Assembly (NCBI GenBank): GCA_944321085.1
Contig: CALUJY010000001.1
Coordinates: forward strand, 28,671-92,670
Direction of reading: 5' to 3'
DNA from: an uncultured Barnesiella sp.
GTDB taxonomy: Bacteria > Bacteroidota > Bacteroidia > Bacteroidales > Barnesiellaceae_A
Length of the DNA stretch: 64,000 nt
Shown: piece by piece, positions 1 through 9,151 of the stretch
Numbering within the stretch: the first letter of the stretch is position 1
Layout: every line of letters begins with the position of its first letter
The notes under the pieces: generated by a model
Told to the model about the DNA's origin: nothing
Seen by the model: the letters and a program-made list of their open reading frames with translations, nothing else
Database searches by the model: none
Position numbers and translations under genes: made by a program

Positions 1-706
1 AAGGCAATCGCTTGGCCATCATGGATTTGCCTGCTCCCGGAGGACCTATGAGAATGATGTTGTGCCCGCCGGCTGCTGCTACCTCAAAAGCCCGTTTGAC
101 GTTTTCCTGTCCTTTTACATCGCAAAAATCGAGGTCGGTGTTGTCGTAGCTTTTATAAAATTCGGCGCGCGTGTCTATGACCGTAGGGGAGAGCGTGGCT
201 TTTCCGTCGAAGAAGTCAATCACTTCGGCAATATGTTTTACGCCGTAGACGTCGAGTTTGTTTACAACGGCGGCTTCGCGAACGTTGGCTTCGGGAACGA
301 TGAGCCCTTTGAAGCCCATCTCGCGGGCTTTGATGGCCATGGGCAATGCCCCTTTGATGGGAAGTATGCCGCCATCGAGCGAGAGCTCGCCCATGAGCAT
401 ATATTCCGGCAACTTGTCGGCTGCAATCTGTTCGTCGGCAGCCAATATTCCTATGGCCAGCGGCAGGTCGTAGGCGGCACCCTCTTTGCGGATGTCGGCG
501 GGCGACATGTTGATGATGACCTGCTTACGCGGGAATTTGTATTGGTTGTGGCTCAATGCCGAGTAGATGCGTTCGTGGCTCTCTTTGACAGCCGTGTCGG
601 GCAGTCCTACCATGAGGAAGCGAATACCCTTCGAGCAGTTTACCTCGATGGTTACCGGCAGGGCATCGATACCTTGCATGGCTGCGCCGAAAACTTTTAC
701 TAACAT
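1..706 (-). CDS. comM: YifB/ComM-family Mg-chelatase-like AAA+ ATPase, N-terminal part (C-terminus runs off the window start)
   Basis: Own translation of the minus strand from ATG (704-706): [23 protein letters not shown]...[26 protein letters not shown], with a Walker A box. There is no stop before position 1, so it is absent from the ORF track. The + ORF 62..703 is its antisense shadow. Confidence 0.85.
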   Translation of the reverse strand, partial: MLVKVFGAAMQGIDALPVTIEVNCSKGIRFLMVGLPDTAVKESHERIYSALSHNQYKFPRKQVIINMSPADIRKEGAAYDLPLAIGILAADEQIAADKLPEYMLMGELSLDGGILPIKGALPMAIKAREMGFKGLIVPEANVREAAVVNKLDVYGVKHIAEVIDFFDGKATLSPTVIDTRAEFYKSYDNTDLDFCDVKGQENVKRAFEVAAAGGHNIILIGPPGAGKSMMAKRLP

Positions 707-711
707 GGCGG

Positions 712-1830
712 TTACGGTTTGACGATGGGTTGTTCTATCTTATAAGCCGCTATGTTGACCAGCGAATCGGTTTGCGCCTCTATGTCGGGGTCGGGCAGCG
801 AAGAGGCGCGCACGACTATCATGCCCAGCGAGTCGCCCAGCATGACGACAGGCAGGCGGTCTATGTGGTGGCGTTTGAGTATACGGTTGTTGTAAGCCCC
901 TTCGCACCAAAGATGTTTCACCGGCAGAGAGTCGTTCTCTACCTGTTTGTGCCACAGAGCTGTGTCGCGGTCTATCGAGAGGGCTACGACTTGAATGTTT
1001 TTCTTGCCGAATTGTTGCAGATAGTCGTGCAAGAAGTGCCGCATCGAGGCCGATTTAGGGTCTTCGGCCGCCCAAATGTATAGCAATGTGGCCTTCGAGT
1101 CGCGCGGGTTGACGAACGAGATGGTATCGTTGAGGTCGAGAAAGCGCAGATGGGGCAGTCGTTTGTTTTCGTCGTCGATGCGGTAACGTTGCATGAGCTC
1201 GTTCATATTGCGGGTCAAGTAAGGCAATGCGGCGTTGTGGTCTAATGTATTCCACAAGGAGTCGCAAAGCGCGTAGTTGTCGCTACGCAACAGGTAGTCG
1301 GCAAGGAGTATCGAGCCTAATTGCGACCCTCGGTTCTTCTCTATGCCGGCTATCAGCAGCGAGTCGGCACGCCTCTCGGCTTCGATGAGCGATGGTGTCT
1401 TTTGCCATCGTCCTGCCGATTTGAGTTGTTCTGTTTCGAGGGTGGCGAAAATGTCGTAGTGGTCATGTATGAGTCTCCACAGGTCGCTGTTCAGCCCGTT
1501 GCCTTTCATTCTTATCTCTTCGGGCTTCTTCGCATCGCCTTTTATCTCTATGCGGTCGCCATTTTGCAGGTAGAAACGCATGACAGGTCGCATCTGCGAG
1601 TCGTAGAGTTGTACGGGTATGCGTTCTTCGGCATAGCCTTCCATAGCAATCCGTCCGTCGTCGGGGCGCAGCGTATCGGTGACGATACGGTCGCTTGTGG
1701 GATAGATGGCATATAGCGGTCGGCCTCCTAAGTTGTTGAGAGTACCTTCTATGACAAAAGCATCTTTTTTCTCCCCGCATGAGGCAAGTATCAGCAGGGT
1801 AAGCAGGCAGAATGATAGGTAGCGTTTCAT
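712..1830 (-). CDS. lipoprotein with a DUF4369-like N-domain and a TlpA/AhpC-type thioredoxin-fold C-domain that lacks the CXXC cysteines
   Basis: Lipobox [20 protein letters not shown]...LYAIY N-domain. The C-domain [17 protein letters not shown]...[10 protein letters not shown] aligns to the FWA(S/T)WCxPC...V.(V/I)S.D pattern, but Cys is replaced by D and S (nt 1051-1074). Confidence 0.6.
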   Translation of the reverse strand: MKRYLSFCLLTLLILASCGEKKDAFVIEGTLNNLGGRPLYAIYPTSDRIVTDTLRPDDGRIAMEGYAEERIPVQLYDSQMRPVMRFYLQNGDRIEIKGDAKKPEEIRMKGNGLNSDLWRLIHDHYDIFATLETEQLKSAGRWQKTPSLIEAERRADSLLIAGIEKNRGSQLGSILLADYLLRSDNYALCDSLWNTLDHNAALPYLTRNMNELMQRYRIDDENKRLPHLRFLDLNDTISFVNPRDSKATLLYIWAAEDPKSASMRHFLHDYLQQFGKKNIQVVALSIDRDTALWHKQVENDSLPVKHLWCEGAYNNRILKRHHIDRLPVVMLGDSLGMIVVRASSLPDPDIEAQTDSLVNIAAYKIEQPIVKP

Positions 1831-1988
1831 GTATATAACAATGTGACGTTACAAAGATAACCTTATTTGCCGGACTTTGTGCACCGAGGCAGATGAAAGA
1901 TGCAAATAGCGTTTTTCTTTGAACCGATAAGGAATAGAGCGACGTATATAAGATACGTCGCAGATAGTGAGTATAAGGAGCTACTGCC

Positions 1989-3716
1989 TTAGAAAGTGAC
2001 TGCCAATCCGCCCATTACCTGTATGTGGGGAGCTGCCAGTCCGTAGTAGAAATCGTATTTGCGATTGAGCAGGTTATTGCCTTGTACAAAAATCGACAAG
2101 ATGTCTATGGGGCGGTATGTGACCGATGCTTGCAGGTTGTGTATGTCGGCAAGGCTGCCCAAGCTGCCATAGTTGCGGCCGAGTTGCATGTTGTAGCCGG
2201 CTTCTATATCGAATCGCTTGTGCGGTTGTACTTTGATGCGGGCATTTGCTTCCCATCGCGGACGGTCGAACGAGATTTCTTCCGTACCTTGCCGCCACAA
2301 CCGATAGGTGCCGTCGGCGATGAAAGAGACAATACGTCCTATATTCAGGTCGATGCGTGCGCCCGCCTTTACGCAGGTAGCGTCGAGAGCCTGCCAATTA
2401 ATGGCTTGCGATGACTGACCGACCGATTGGAAGAGAGCCGCTTCGGCGATTTCGTAGCCGCCGTATGCCGAGAAGGAGAATTCGGGTATGATATTAAATC
2501 GTATTCCACCCGTGGCATCCAAGGGCGAGTAGGTCGACGGAATACGTTGCGAGGGGTCGAAGTAGATGCAGTATTGCGACACATCGTTCCATGTGTGGAG
2601 ACGTTTGCCGCCGCCTATGTTGGCGTAAATGAAATAGTTATCGACAAATTCCCAATTAAAGTGCACGTCGGGCGCGAAGCGGAAAATCGTGCCGTCGTTG
2701 ACCGATATATATGCCCTCAGACCGGCGCGGAAGTGCACGCGGCTGCCGTTCCAGTCGATGTGCGGCAACAGCTCTGTCATGAAAACCGATTGCATGGAGG
2801 TCGCTGCCAACTCGGGGTTGTGGATTACCTCGTCGGCCGGGGTTCCGGCAGGATATACGCCACTGTATTGCAGGAAGTCGATATTGGCCTCGGCTCCCGC
2901 GCTCCACCCGCTGCCTATATCGCCGCAAAACGAGGCTTGCAGGTAGGCGTGTTGCTCACGGCTTGGGTCGGGTACGTAGGCACCCCATCGGTTGCTATAC
3001 AGGCTGTATCCGCCGGTGACGCTCCATTGGTTGTAGTCGTAGGCCACGGCCGCACTGTTGTCGGCCTTTATCTCGGCGAAGAAGTTGTGCGCCCATTGGA
3101 AAGGATGCGAGCTGCGGTTACCCGGCAAGTTGCCGCAAGAGCCGTAGTAATTGAAGTTGAGGAAGCGGTATGCGGCATTGATGGCGAACGTCACATCCGA
3201 CTCGAAGCGGTGGTCGTAGTGCAGTCCGGTGCGGGTGTCGTAGAAAGTTTGTCGCGTGGCACTCTCTTGTTCAGCTCCTTGTACGAAAGAGCTGTTTACG
3301 GGAATGTCCCAGTTGAGCGAGGTAAATTGCACACCTATGTCGAGGCGGTCGGTTGCATTATCGAGGATGTGATAACCGGCATTGCCTGCCATGCTCATAT
3401 ATGTACCCATCCCGAAGTCGATATACCCTTTGCGGTATTTGTCGCCGGTAGCGACAGGGCTTATACGGGGTACTGCCATATCGCTTGTCGTGATGCTTAT
3501 TTCGGCCGGCGTAGCATCGTAACGGTATGCAACAGGTTTGCGCTCGAAGGCGGGAGTGCTTACCGGCGGGAGGCTGTTTATCTTCGATGCCTCTTTGACA
3601 ATGGGAGTATAGTCTTTGACGATGGTCACTTCGCGTCGCAACGAGTCGTTGCTTTGTGCGGCGGCAACCTGCGACAGTAGCACGAGCAACAAGACGGTTA
3701 TATAATGAGGTTTCAT
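1989..3716 (-). CDS. outer-membrane beta-barrel protein of unknown function
   Basis: Signal peptide MKPHYITVLLLVLLSQVAAAQ. Gly/Tyr/Asn-rich alternating strand pattern. Terminal ...GGLAVTF (C-terminal Phe, as in OMPs). Confidence 0.6.
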   Translation of the reverse strand: MKPHYITVLLLVLLSQVAAAQSNDSLRREVTIVKDYTPIVKEASKINSLPPVSTPAFERKPVAYRYDATPAEISITTSDMAVPRISPVATGDKYRKGYIDFGMGTYMSMAGNAGYHILDNATDRLDIGVQFTSLNWDIPVNSSFVQGAEQESATRQTFYDTRTGLHYDHRFESDVTFAINAAYRFLNFNYYGSCGNLPGNRSSHPFQWAHNFFAEIKADNSAAVAYDYNQWSVTGGYSLYSNRWGAYVPDPSREQHAYLQASFCGDIGSGWSAGAEANIDFLQYSGVYPAGTPADEVIHNPELAATSMQSVFMTELLPHIDWNGSRVHFRAGLRAYISVNDGTIFRFAPDVHFNWEFVDNYFIYANIGGGKRLHTWNDVSQYCIYFDPSQRIPSTYSPLDATGGIRFNIIPEFSFSAYGGYEIAEAALFQSVGQSSQAINWQALDATCVKAGARIDLNIGRIVSFIADGTYRLWRQGTEEISFDRPRWEANARIKVQPHKRFDIEAGYNMQLGRNYGSLGSLADIHNLQASVTYRPIDILSIFVQGNNLLNRKYDFYYGLAAPHIQVMGGLAVTF

Positions 3717-3742
3717 ATCGTGTGCGGTATTACAGGGTTATG

Positions 3743-6730
3743 TTATTTTTTTTCTAATCGTTGGGCTATTTTTTCGGCAATATCGTCGTCACTTCCCGGA
3801 TAGTTGGTTTTCAGGCTCGTCAGGTACTGTTTGGCCTTGAATTTCTCACCTTTGGCGGCATATACATCCGATAGCAGGATGATGTTACGCGCCAGCCAAT
3901 AGGCATGCGGCGAGCCGGTGTCGATAAATTTGTTGGCGGCAGTCTCGGCCTTGTCATACGCTTTGCTATCGTAGTAGAACTGTGCTACGCGGTAAGCGCT
4001 CTCTGCACCGTACTCGCTGCGCGTGTCGTTGGCGAGGACGAGGTAGTCATCGGCCGCTTTGCCGCTGTTGCCGCTCAGTCGGTAGGCTGTGGCGCGGCAG
4101 TAGAGAGCCTCTTGTTTCAGTTCGGGCGAGAGTTTGCCGTCGGCCAGCAGTTTGTCGGCAGCCTCGATGACCGTTTCATGGCGGTCGAGTATGTTTCCTG
4201 TACGCAACAAGCCCAAGCGTGCAGCCATGCGGTTCTCGGGAGTGGTGGCACGCTGTTCGAGGGCGGCAAAGACCGGCAGAGCCTCGTCGTAGGCTTTACG
4301 CATATACAATATTTCGCTGCGGCGGGCAAGAGCCTCCTCGGCAAAATCGGCATCGGGGCTCAGTTGCAGAGCCGTTGTGTAATTTTCGAGGGCTTTGTCG
4401 TAGTTTTTCGCTGTAAAAGCCTCTTTGGCAATATAGTAGCAAGCCTGAGCCGTAAAGTTTCCCGACGGGAAGCGGGCTGCATACTGTTCGAGAGCTTCGG
4501 TATTTTGGCTGCGCATGTAGTTGCGTTCGGCAGCAAGGTAGTTGAGCGAGTCTATCTCGGCCGTTTCGTAGCGTTTGCCCTGCGATTGCATGAAAGCGGT
4601 GAGCTCGTCGACTTTGTTTTCCTCGATATATATCGATTTGAGGTCTTCGGCGGCAATTCGGGCTTCTTTGCTCGATGGGAATTGAGTGATAAGGCCTTTG
4701 TATGCCGCTATCGATTGCGGGGTTTGTCCGCCGTTGTAGTATAGTATGCCTAATTGCAATGCGGCCTTGCGAGCCGATGCGCTTTGCGGGAATGCTACGA
4801 TAAGTTGCTTGTATGTTGTGATGGCATCGTTGGGTCGGTTCAGCTCTATATAGGTCTGTCCCATTTCGTTATAAGCCGTTTCGAGGTATTCTGATTGCGG
4901 ATAGTCGGTCACCAGCGAGCCCAGAAGCCTGCTCTTTTCGTTATTTTTCTTGTTGAGGCCGGCCATTATCGCTTGTTGCAACAAGGCGTAGTCGCTGCCG
5001 CTGTCGTGCATGGCTGCGGCGCGGGCGTAAGCCTTCTCGGCATTGACATAGCGGCGGCCATAGTAGTAGCAGTCGCCTATGCGGTTGAAGGCATCGACGC
5101 GCAGCAGTTGCTCGGTGCCTTTGCGTCTCACGAATCGTTCGAAAGAAGCCAAAGCCTCTTGATATGCCTTCTGTTCGAAGTGGCAATAGGCTATATTGTA
5201 GTATGCCAACGACACGGTGGTGGCGTCGGTCATGATGTTCGATTTGAGAAAGTTGTTATAGCATTGCAAAGCCTCGGGATATGCCCCTTGGCGGTAGCAG
5301 CATTCGCCCAACCAATAGAGCGAGCGGGTACGGTATTCGGGTGCGAAGTTGCCCGCTTTCACCGCCTTCGAGAACCAGTCGCCGGCTTCGGGGATGCGAT
5401 TGTCGGCAAAAGCCTCCGTACCAAGAAGGTATAGTATCTGTTGCCGGGCTTCTAATAAGTCGCGCGAGGGGCGTTTGATGCGTTCTATCGAGCTGAGGGC
5501 AGTACGGTAGTTGCGCGAGTTGACATAAAGGTCGGCAAGGCGCGAGTTGATGTCGTCGGTGTATGCCGACGTGGGGTAATCATTGAGAAACTGTTCGAAG
5601 ACCGATATGGTGCGGTCGAACATCGAGAAGTTGCACTCGTAAGAGCACAGTGCGTAGTTGTAGAGAGCCGTTTCGCGTATGTTCTCGTCGTAGTGTGTTG
5701 CCGATGCTTTCTCGAAAGCCAGCATAGCGCTGCGGTTGTCGCGTGTTTGCAGATAGCAGAGCCCTATGTGCAGATAGGCATTTTGGCTCATGGCATCGTC
5801 GGGTTCTACGGCGCGGCTCAGAGATGCGATGGCATTCTCGTAGTCGTTTTCCCGGTAAGCCAACAGTCCGATCATATACAAGGTATTGCGTTCGGGAGCA
5901 GGAGTGTCGTCGATGTATTTTTGCAGGTGTTCGCGGGCTTGCAGGTTGTTGCCGAGCATGAAGTGGCTTTCGCCCACGATGCGATGCAGTTCGGTGATAT
6001 GCTCGGTGTTGTTGCAGTTATCCAAGAGCCTCTCGCCCAGCGCCACGGTGCGAGCATATTTTTTTTCGCCGAACTCTATCTCTGCGAGCAGGAAGAGGGC
6101 GTCATTGCCATATTCCGATGTCGATTGTACCTGTGTAAGGCTGCGTCGTGCCTCGTTGTAACGCTTCATGCCGAAGAAGATATAGCCTTCGCAGTAACGG
6201 GCTTCGTTGGCATAGCGTGTCGAGTTTTGTGCAAGGGCGGTGAATAGCGGTAAGGCTCGTTCCTGTTCGCCGGTTTGCAAGTACGACGAGGCAAGGCGGT
6301 AGCACCAATCGTCGCGCATGTAGGGTTGCAGCGTGCCCAAGTCTATGACGCTGTATATCTTCACGGCCTTGTCATACTCGCCTTTGTAGTAATAGTAGTC
6401 GGCTTGTGCCATGCGCACTTCGGCACGTCGGGGCGACATGGGGTATTTCTCCATGTAGGCGGCCAGCTCGGCGGGAACGCGGTCGTTGCCGCTCTTGACG
6501 CACGACATGACTATGTAATACTCTATCTCCTCTTGCAATGCGGTGGCATCGGGGCGGCGCAACAAGGCGCGCATCACGTCGGCGCATCCGGCGTAGTTGC
6601 CGGTCTGATACATGGCTTTACCGCGTTGCAAGTCGGTTGCGGCATCGGTCATGTAGGGAGCTTGTGCCGTTGTCAGGCAGGGCAAGACGACAGCGATGGC
6701 AAGTATAAGGCGTGTGAGTTTCTGTTTCAT
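3743..6730 (-). CDS. large secreted tetratricopeptide-repeat protein (995 aa)
   Basis: Signal peptide ...VVLPCLTTAQA. Many A/Y/L-rich 34-aa TPR-like units along the whole length (e.g. YYYYKGEYDKAVKIY, YWLGECCYRQGAYPEALQCY, AQFYYDSKAYDKAE). Confidence 0.75.
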   Translation of the reverse strand: MKQKLTRLILAIAVVLPCLTTAQAPYMTDAATDLQRGKAMYQTGNYAGCADVMRALLRRPDATALQEEIEYYIVMSCVKSGNDRVPAELAAYMEKYPMSPRRAEVRMAQADYYYYKGEYDKAVKIYSVIDLGTLQPYMRDDWCYRLASSYLQTGEQERALPLFTALAQNSTRYANEARYCEGYIFFGMKRYNEARRSLTQVQSTSEYGNDALFLLAEIEFGEKKYARTVALGERLLDNCNNTEHITELHRIVGESHFMLGNNLQAREHLQKYIDDTPAPERNTLYMIGLLAYRENDYENAIASLSRAVEPDDAMSQNAYLHIGLCYLQTRDNRSAMLAFEKASATHYDENIRETALYNYALCSYECNFSMFDRTISVFEQFLNDYPTSAYTDDINSRLADLYVNSRNYRTALSSIERIKRPSRDLLEARQQILYLLGTEAFADNRIPEAGDWFSKAVKAGNFAPEYRTRSLYWLGECCYRQGAYPEALQCYNNFLKSNIMTDATTVSLAYYNIAYCHFEQKAYQEALASFERFVRRKGTEQLLRVDAFNRIGDCYYYGRRYVNAEKAYARAAAMHDSGSDYALLQQAIMAGLNKKNNEKSRLLGSLVTDYPQSEYLETAYNEMGQTYIELNRPNDAITTYKQLIVAFPQSASARKAALQLGILYYNGGQTPQSIAAYKGLITQFPSSKEARIAAEDLKSIYIEENKVDELTAFMQSQGKRYETAEIDSLNYLAAERNYMRSQNTEALEQYAARFPSGNFTAQACYYIAKEAFTAKNYDKALENYTTALQLSPDADFAEEALARRSEILYMRKAYDEALPVFAALEQRATTPENRMAARLGLLRTGNILDRHETVIEAADKLLADGKLSPELKQEALYCRATAYRLSGNSGKAADDYLVLANDTRSEYGAESAYRVAQFYYDSKAYDKAETAANKFIDTGSPHAYWLARNIILLSDVYAAKGEKFKAKQYLTSLKTNYPGSDDDIAEKIAQRLEKK

Positions 6731-6769
6731 CGGGAGTGTGGTTTGGGAGTGTGGTTGTCGAGGGGGCTT

Positions 6770-8044
6770 TTACGACTTTTGCGGTGGTTGGCTCTCTTCG
6801 CCGCGTGTTGTGTCGACCCATTTGTAAAGTTTGTCTGAGGGGCGTATCTTGCGTTCTGTCTTTATCGAGAAGTGCTCGCCTTTGACGGTTCGGGGTACCG
6901 ATTTCATATCTACCCGTATCTCTTCTACGGTGGCAAAGAGTGCGCCGGTGGTGGGGCCTGTGATGAGAATCTCGTCGCCTACGGCAAGCGAGCCGCTCTC
7001 CATGAGAAACTCGGCGACGCCAAGGTTGGAGAAGTATTTTACGCCTTTCCCTATATATTCTTTTCGTTTGGTGGCCGACGAACCGTACTTGCCCGACCAT
7101 TCTCCCAGCCGTTGCCCCAAATAATAACCGTCCCAGAAGCCGCGGTTGAATACCGTAGCGAGGCGTTTATCCCATTCGGCAACACGCTCGGCCGTGAAGG
7201 TGCCCTCTATACATGCTTGCAGTGCCTCGTTGTAACATGCTACGACGGTGCTTACATATTCCGGGCCGCGGGCACGGCCCTCTATCTTGAATACGCGTAC
7301 GCCCGCATCTATCATCCGGTCGAGGAAGTGTATGGTTTTCAGGTCTTTGGGCGACATGATATAGGAGTTCTCTACGGTGAGCTCGTCCCCTGTTTCGCGG
7401 TCGGTCACAAGGTACGACCGGCGGCATATCTGCATGCAGGAGCCCCGGTTTGCCGAGTGATTCATTTCGTGTAGGCTCAGGTAGCATTTTCCCGAAACGG
7501 CCATGCACAGTGCTCCGTGGCAGAACATCTCTATCCTTACGGGCTTGCCCGATGGTCCTGCGATGTGCTGCTCCTCTATGGCGCGGTGTATTTGCGACAC
7601 TTGTTCCAGATTGAGTTCCCGTGCGAGTACCGCCACATCGGCAAATTGGGAGTAGAAACGCAGTGCCTCGGTGTTCGATATGTTGAGTTGGGTCGAGAGG
7701 TGTACCTCTACTCCGACGCTGCGGGCATAGGTCATGGCGGCAACATCGCTTGCGATAATGGCCGATATGCCTGCCTGACGGGCGGCATCGATGATGAGGC
7801 GCATTGTCGCCATATCATTGTCGTAAATGATGGTATTTACCGTGAGGTAGCTTTTCAGTCCTTTTTCGCGGCAGAGAGAGGCGATGTGGTGCAGGTCGTC
7901 GATGTTGAAATTGGCCGACGAGCGTGCGCGCATGTTCAGTCCCTCTATGCCGAAATAGACGGCATCGGCACCTGCATCTATGGCAGCTTGCAGAGATTCG
8001 TAGCTCCCTACGGGAGCCATTATTTCAAACTCTTTTCTTTCCAT
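6770..8044 (-). CDS. peptidase U32 family protein (YegQ/TrhP size class)
   Basis: EIMAPVGSYESLQAAIDAGADAVYFG N-terminus and the U32 signature EMFCHGALCMAVSGKCYLS. Confidence 0.85.
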   Translation of the reverse strand: MERKEFEIMAPVGSYESLQAAIDAGADAVYFGIEGLNMRARSSANFNIDDLHHIASLCREKGLKSYLTVNTIIYDNDMATMRLIIDAARQAGISAIIASDVAAMTYARSVGVEVHLSTQLNISNTEALRFYSQFADVAVLARELNLEQVSQIHRAIEEQHIAGPSGKPVRIEMFCHGALCMAVSGKCYLSLHEMNHSANRGSCMQICRRSYLVTDRETGDELTVENSYIMSPKDLKTIHFLDRMIDAGVRVFKIEGRARGPEYVSTVVACYNEALQACIEGTFTAERVAEWDKRLATVFNRGFWDGYYLGQRLGEWSGKYGSSATKRKEYIGKGVKYFSNLGVAEFLMESGSLAVGDEILITGPTTGALFATVEEIRVDMKSVPRTVKGEHFSIKTERKIRPSDKLYKWVDTTRGEESQPPQKS

Positions 8045-8048
8045 TTCA

Positions 8049-8744
8049 TTAGTCGCGGCTGTTGCCGAAGAAGCGCAGCAGATAGAGGAACATGTTGATA
8101 AAGTCGAGGTAGAGCGACAGCGCTCCTATTACAGCAAGTTTGCCGACACCCGATGGCTCTACGGCGTATGCCGACTCTTTTATCTTTTGCGTATCCCAGG
8201 CCGTGAGTCCCATAAAGATACCTACGCCTATGAAACTTACAATCCATTCTAATGTAGAGCTATGCACAAACAGGTTGACTACCGTAGCGATGATAATGCC
8301 GAAGAGCCCCATCACGCAATAGCTACCGAAGGTGTTGAGGTCTTTTTTCGTTACAAAGCCATAGATGCTCATGGCAAGGAAGACTCCGGCCGTGATGAAG
8401 AATGTGAAGGCGATGGAGCCTAACTGATAGGCGAAGAAGATAGATGAGAGCGTGGCGCCATTGAGTATGGCGTAGAGCAGAAACATCACATTGGCTGTGG
8501 TCGTGCTCATTTTGTGTAATGCCGCCGAGAGCCCTATTACCAACCCGAACTCTGCGATAATCAGTATCCAGAATACTACCTGGCTGCCAAATATAAATTG
8601 TGTGACAGCGGGCGTTACAGCTACATAATATGCCGTAATGGCAGTAACCAGCAACGCAAGGAACATGCGCAGATATACCTGGCGCATTACCAACGATAAC
8701 ATATCGGTTTGAGCCTTTACAAAGGTGCTTTTTTCATTTTCCAT
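8049..8744 (-). CDS. Bax inhibitor-1/YccA family membrane protein
   Basis: About seven hydrophobic helices and a C-terminal ...LYLDFINMFLYLLRFFG motif typical of BI-1/YccA. Start moved to the internal Met (MENEKST..., ATG at 8742-8744), giving the usual ~231 aa. The track ORF extends to 8849. Confidence 0.75.
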   Translation of the reverse strand: MENEKSTFVKAQTDMLSLVMRQVYLRMFLALLVTAITAYYVAVTPAVTQFIFGSQVVFWILIIAEFGLVIGLSAALHKMSTTTANVMFLLYAILNGATLSSIFFAYQLGSIAFTFFITAGVFLAMSIYGFVTKKDLNTFGSYCVMGLFGIIIATVVNLFVHSSTLEWIVSFIGVGIFMGLTAWDTQKIKESAYAVEPSGVGKLAVIGALSLYLDFINMFLYLLRFFGNSRD

Positions 8745-9063
8745 ATTTGTAATATTTGTAGGTTTCTTTATAGTTGTTTCTGTAAAATCGTGCAGCACGG
8801 TGGTGTTCAGGGGCCGAAGGCCGGGGTCGGGGCGGATATGCCGTGGCAATCGCGGCAGGCAGCTTGTTCCTCTATTATGCCGTACTCCCGGCCCGTATGT
8901 TTATAACAAACCATAAGGCTTGTAGATAGGACAAAGGTAGTGATAAAAAACGAAAAACCATATTTTATACCTCGTTACCTGACTAATCTTGGCTTTTGTG
9001 AGGTTATAATCTATATTTTCACTTCTGTTGCATTTCTGCGTGTTTCCTTGCGTATATAAAACG

Positions 9064-9098
9064 GAAGCGGCAACTCCCGTGGGGTGAGTTGCCGCTTC
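9064..9098 (-). terminator. intrinsic terminator after the 1307-aa cargo gene
   Basis: GAAGCGGCAACTC / GAGTTGCCGCTTC 13-bp stem, followed on the minus strand by CGTTTTATATA. Confidence 0.55.
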
Positions 9099-9151
9099 TG
9101 GCCGGAAAGAGTCTATGTGCTGTAAACTCTTTTATTCTCTTGTAAGATAGC

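Noticed and set aside
62-703. 213-aa + strand ORF at the window start.
   Set aside because: The minus strand here translates into an unmistakable YifB/ComM ATPase ([15 protein letters not shown]). The + ORF is its antisense shadow.
1939-1961. Perfect 9-bp hairpin GCGACGTAT-ATAAG-ATACGTCGC downstream of the beta-barrel gene.
   Set aside because: No U-run follows on either strand, so I do not call it an intrinsic terminator. It may be an RNA-stability element or a chance palindrome.
8745-8849. 35-codon N-terminal extension of the BI-1 ORF.
   Set aside because: The extension (MPRHIRPDPGLRPLNTT...) is hydrophilic and unlike BI-1 N-termini. The internal Met gives the canonical ~231-aa length.
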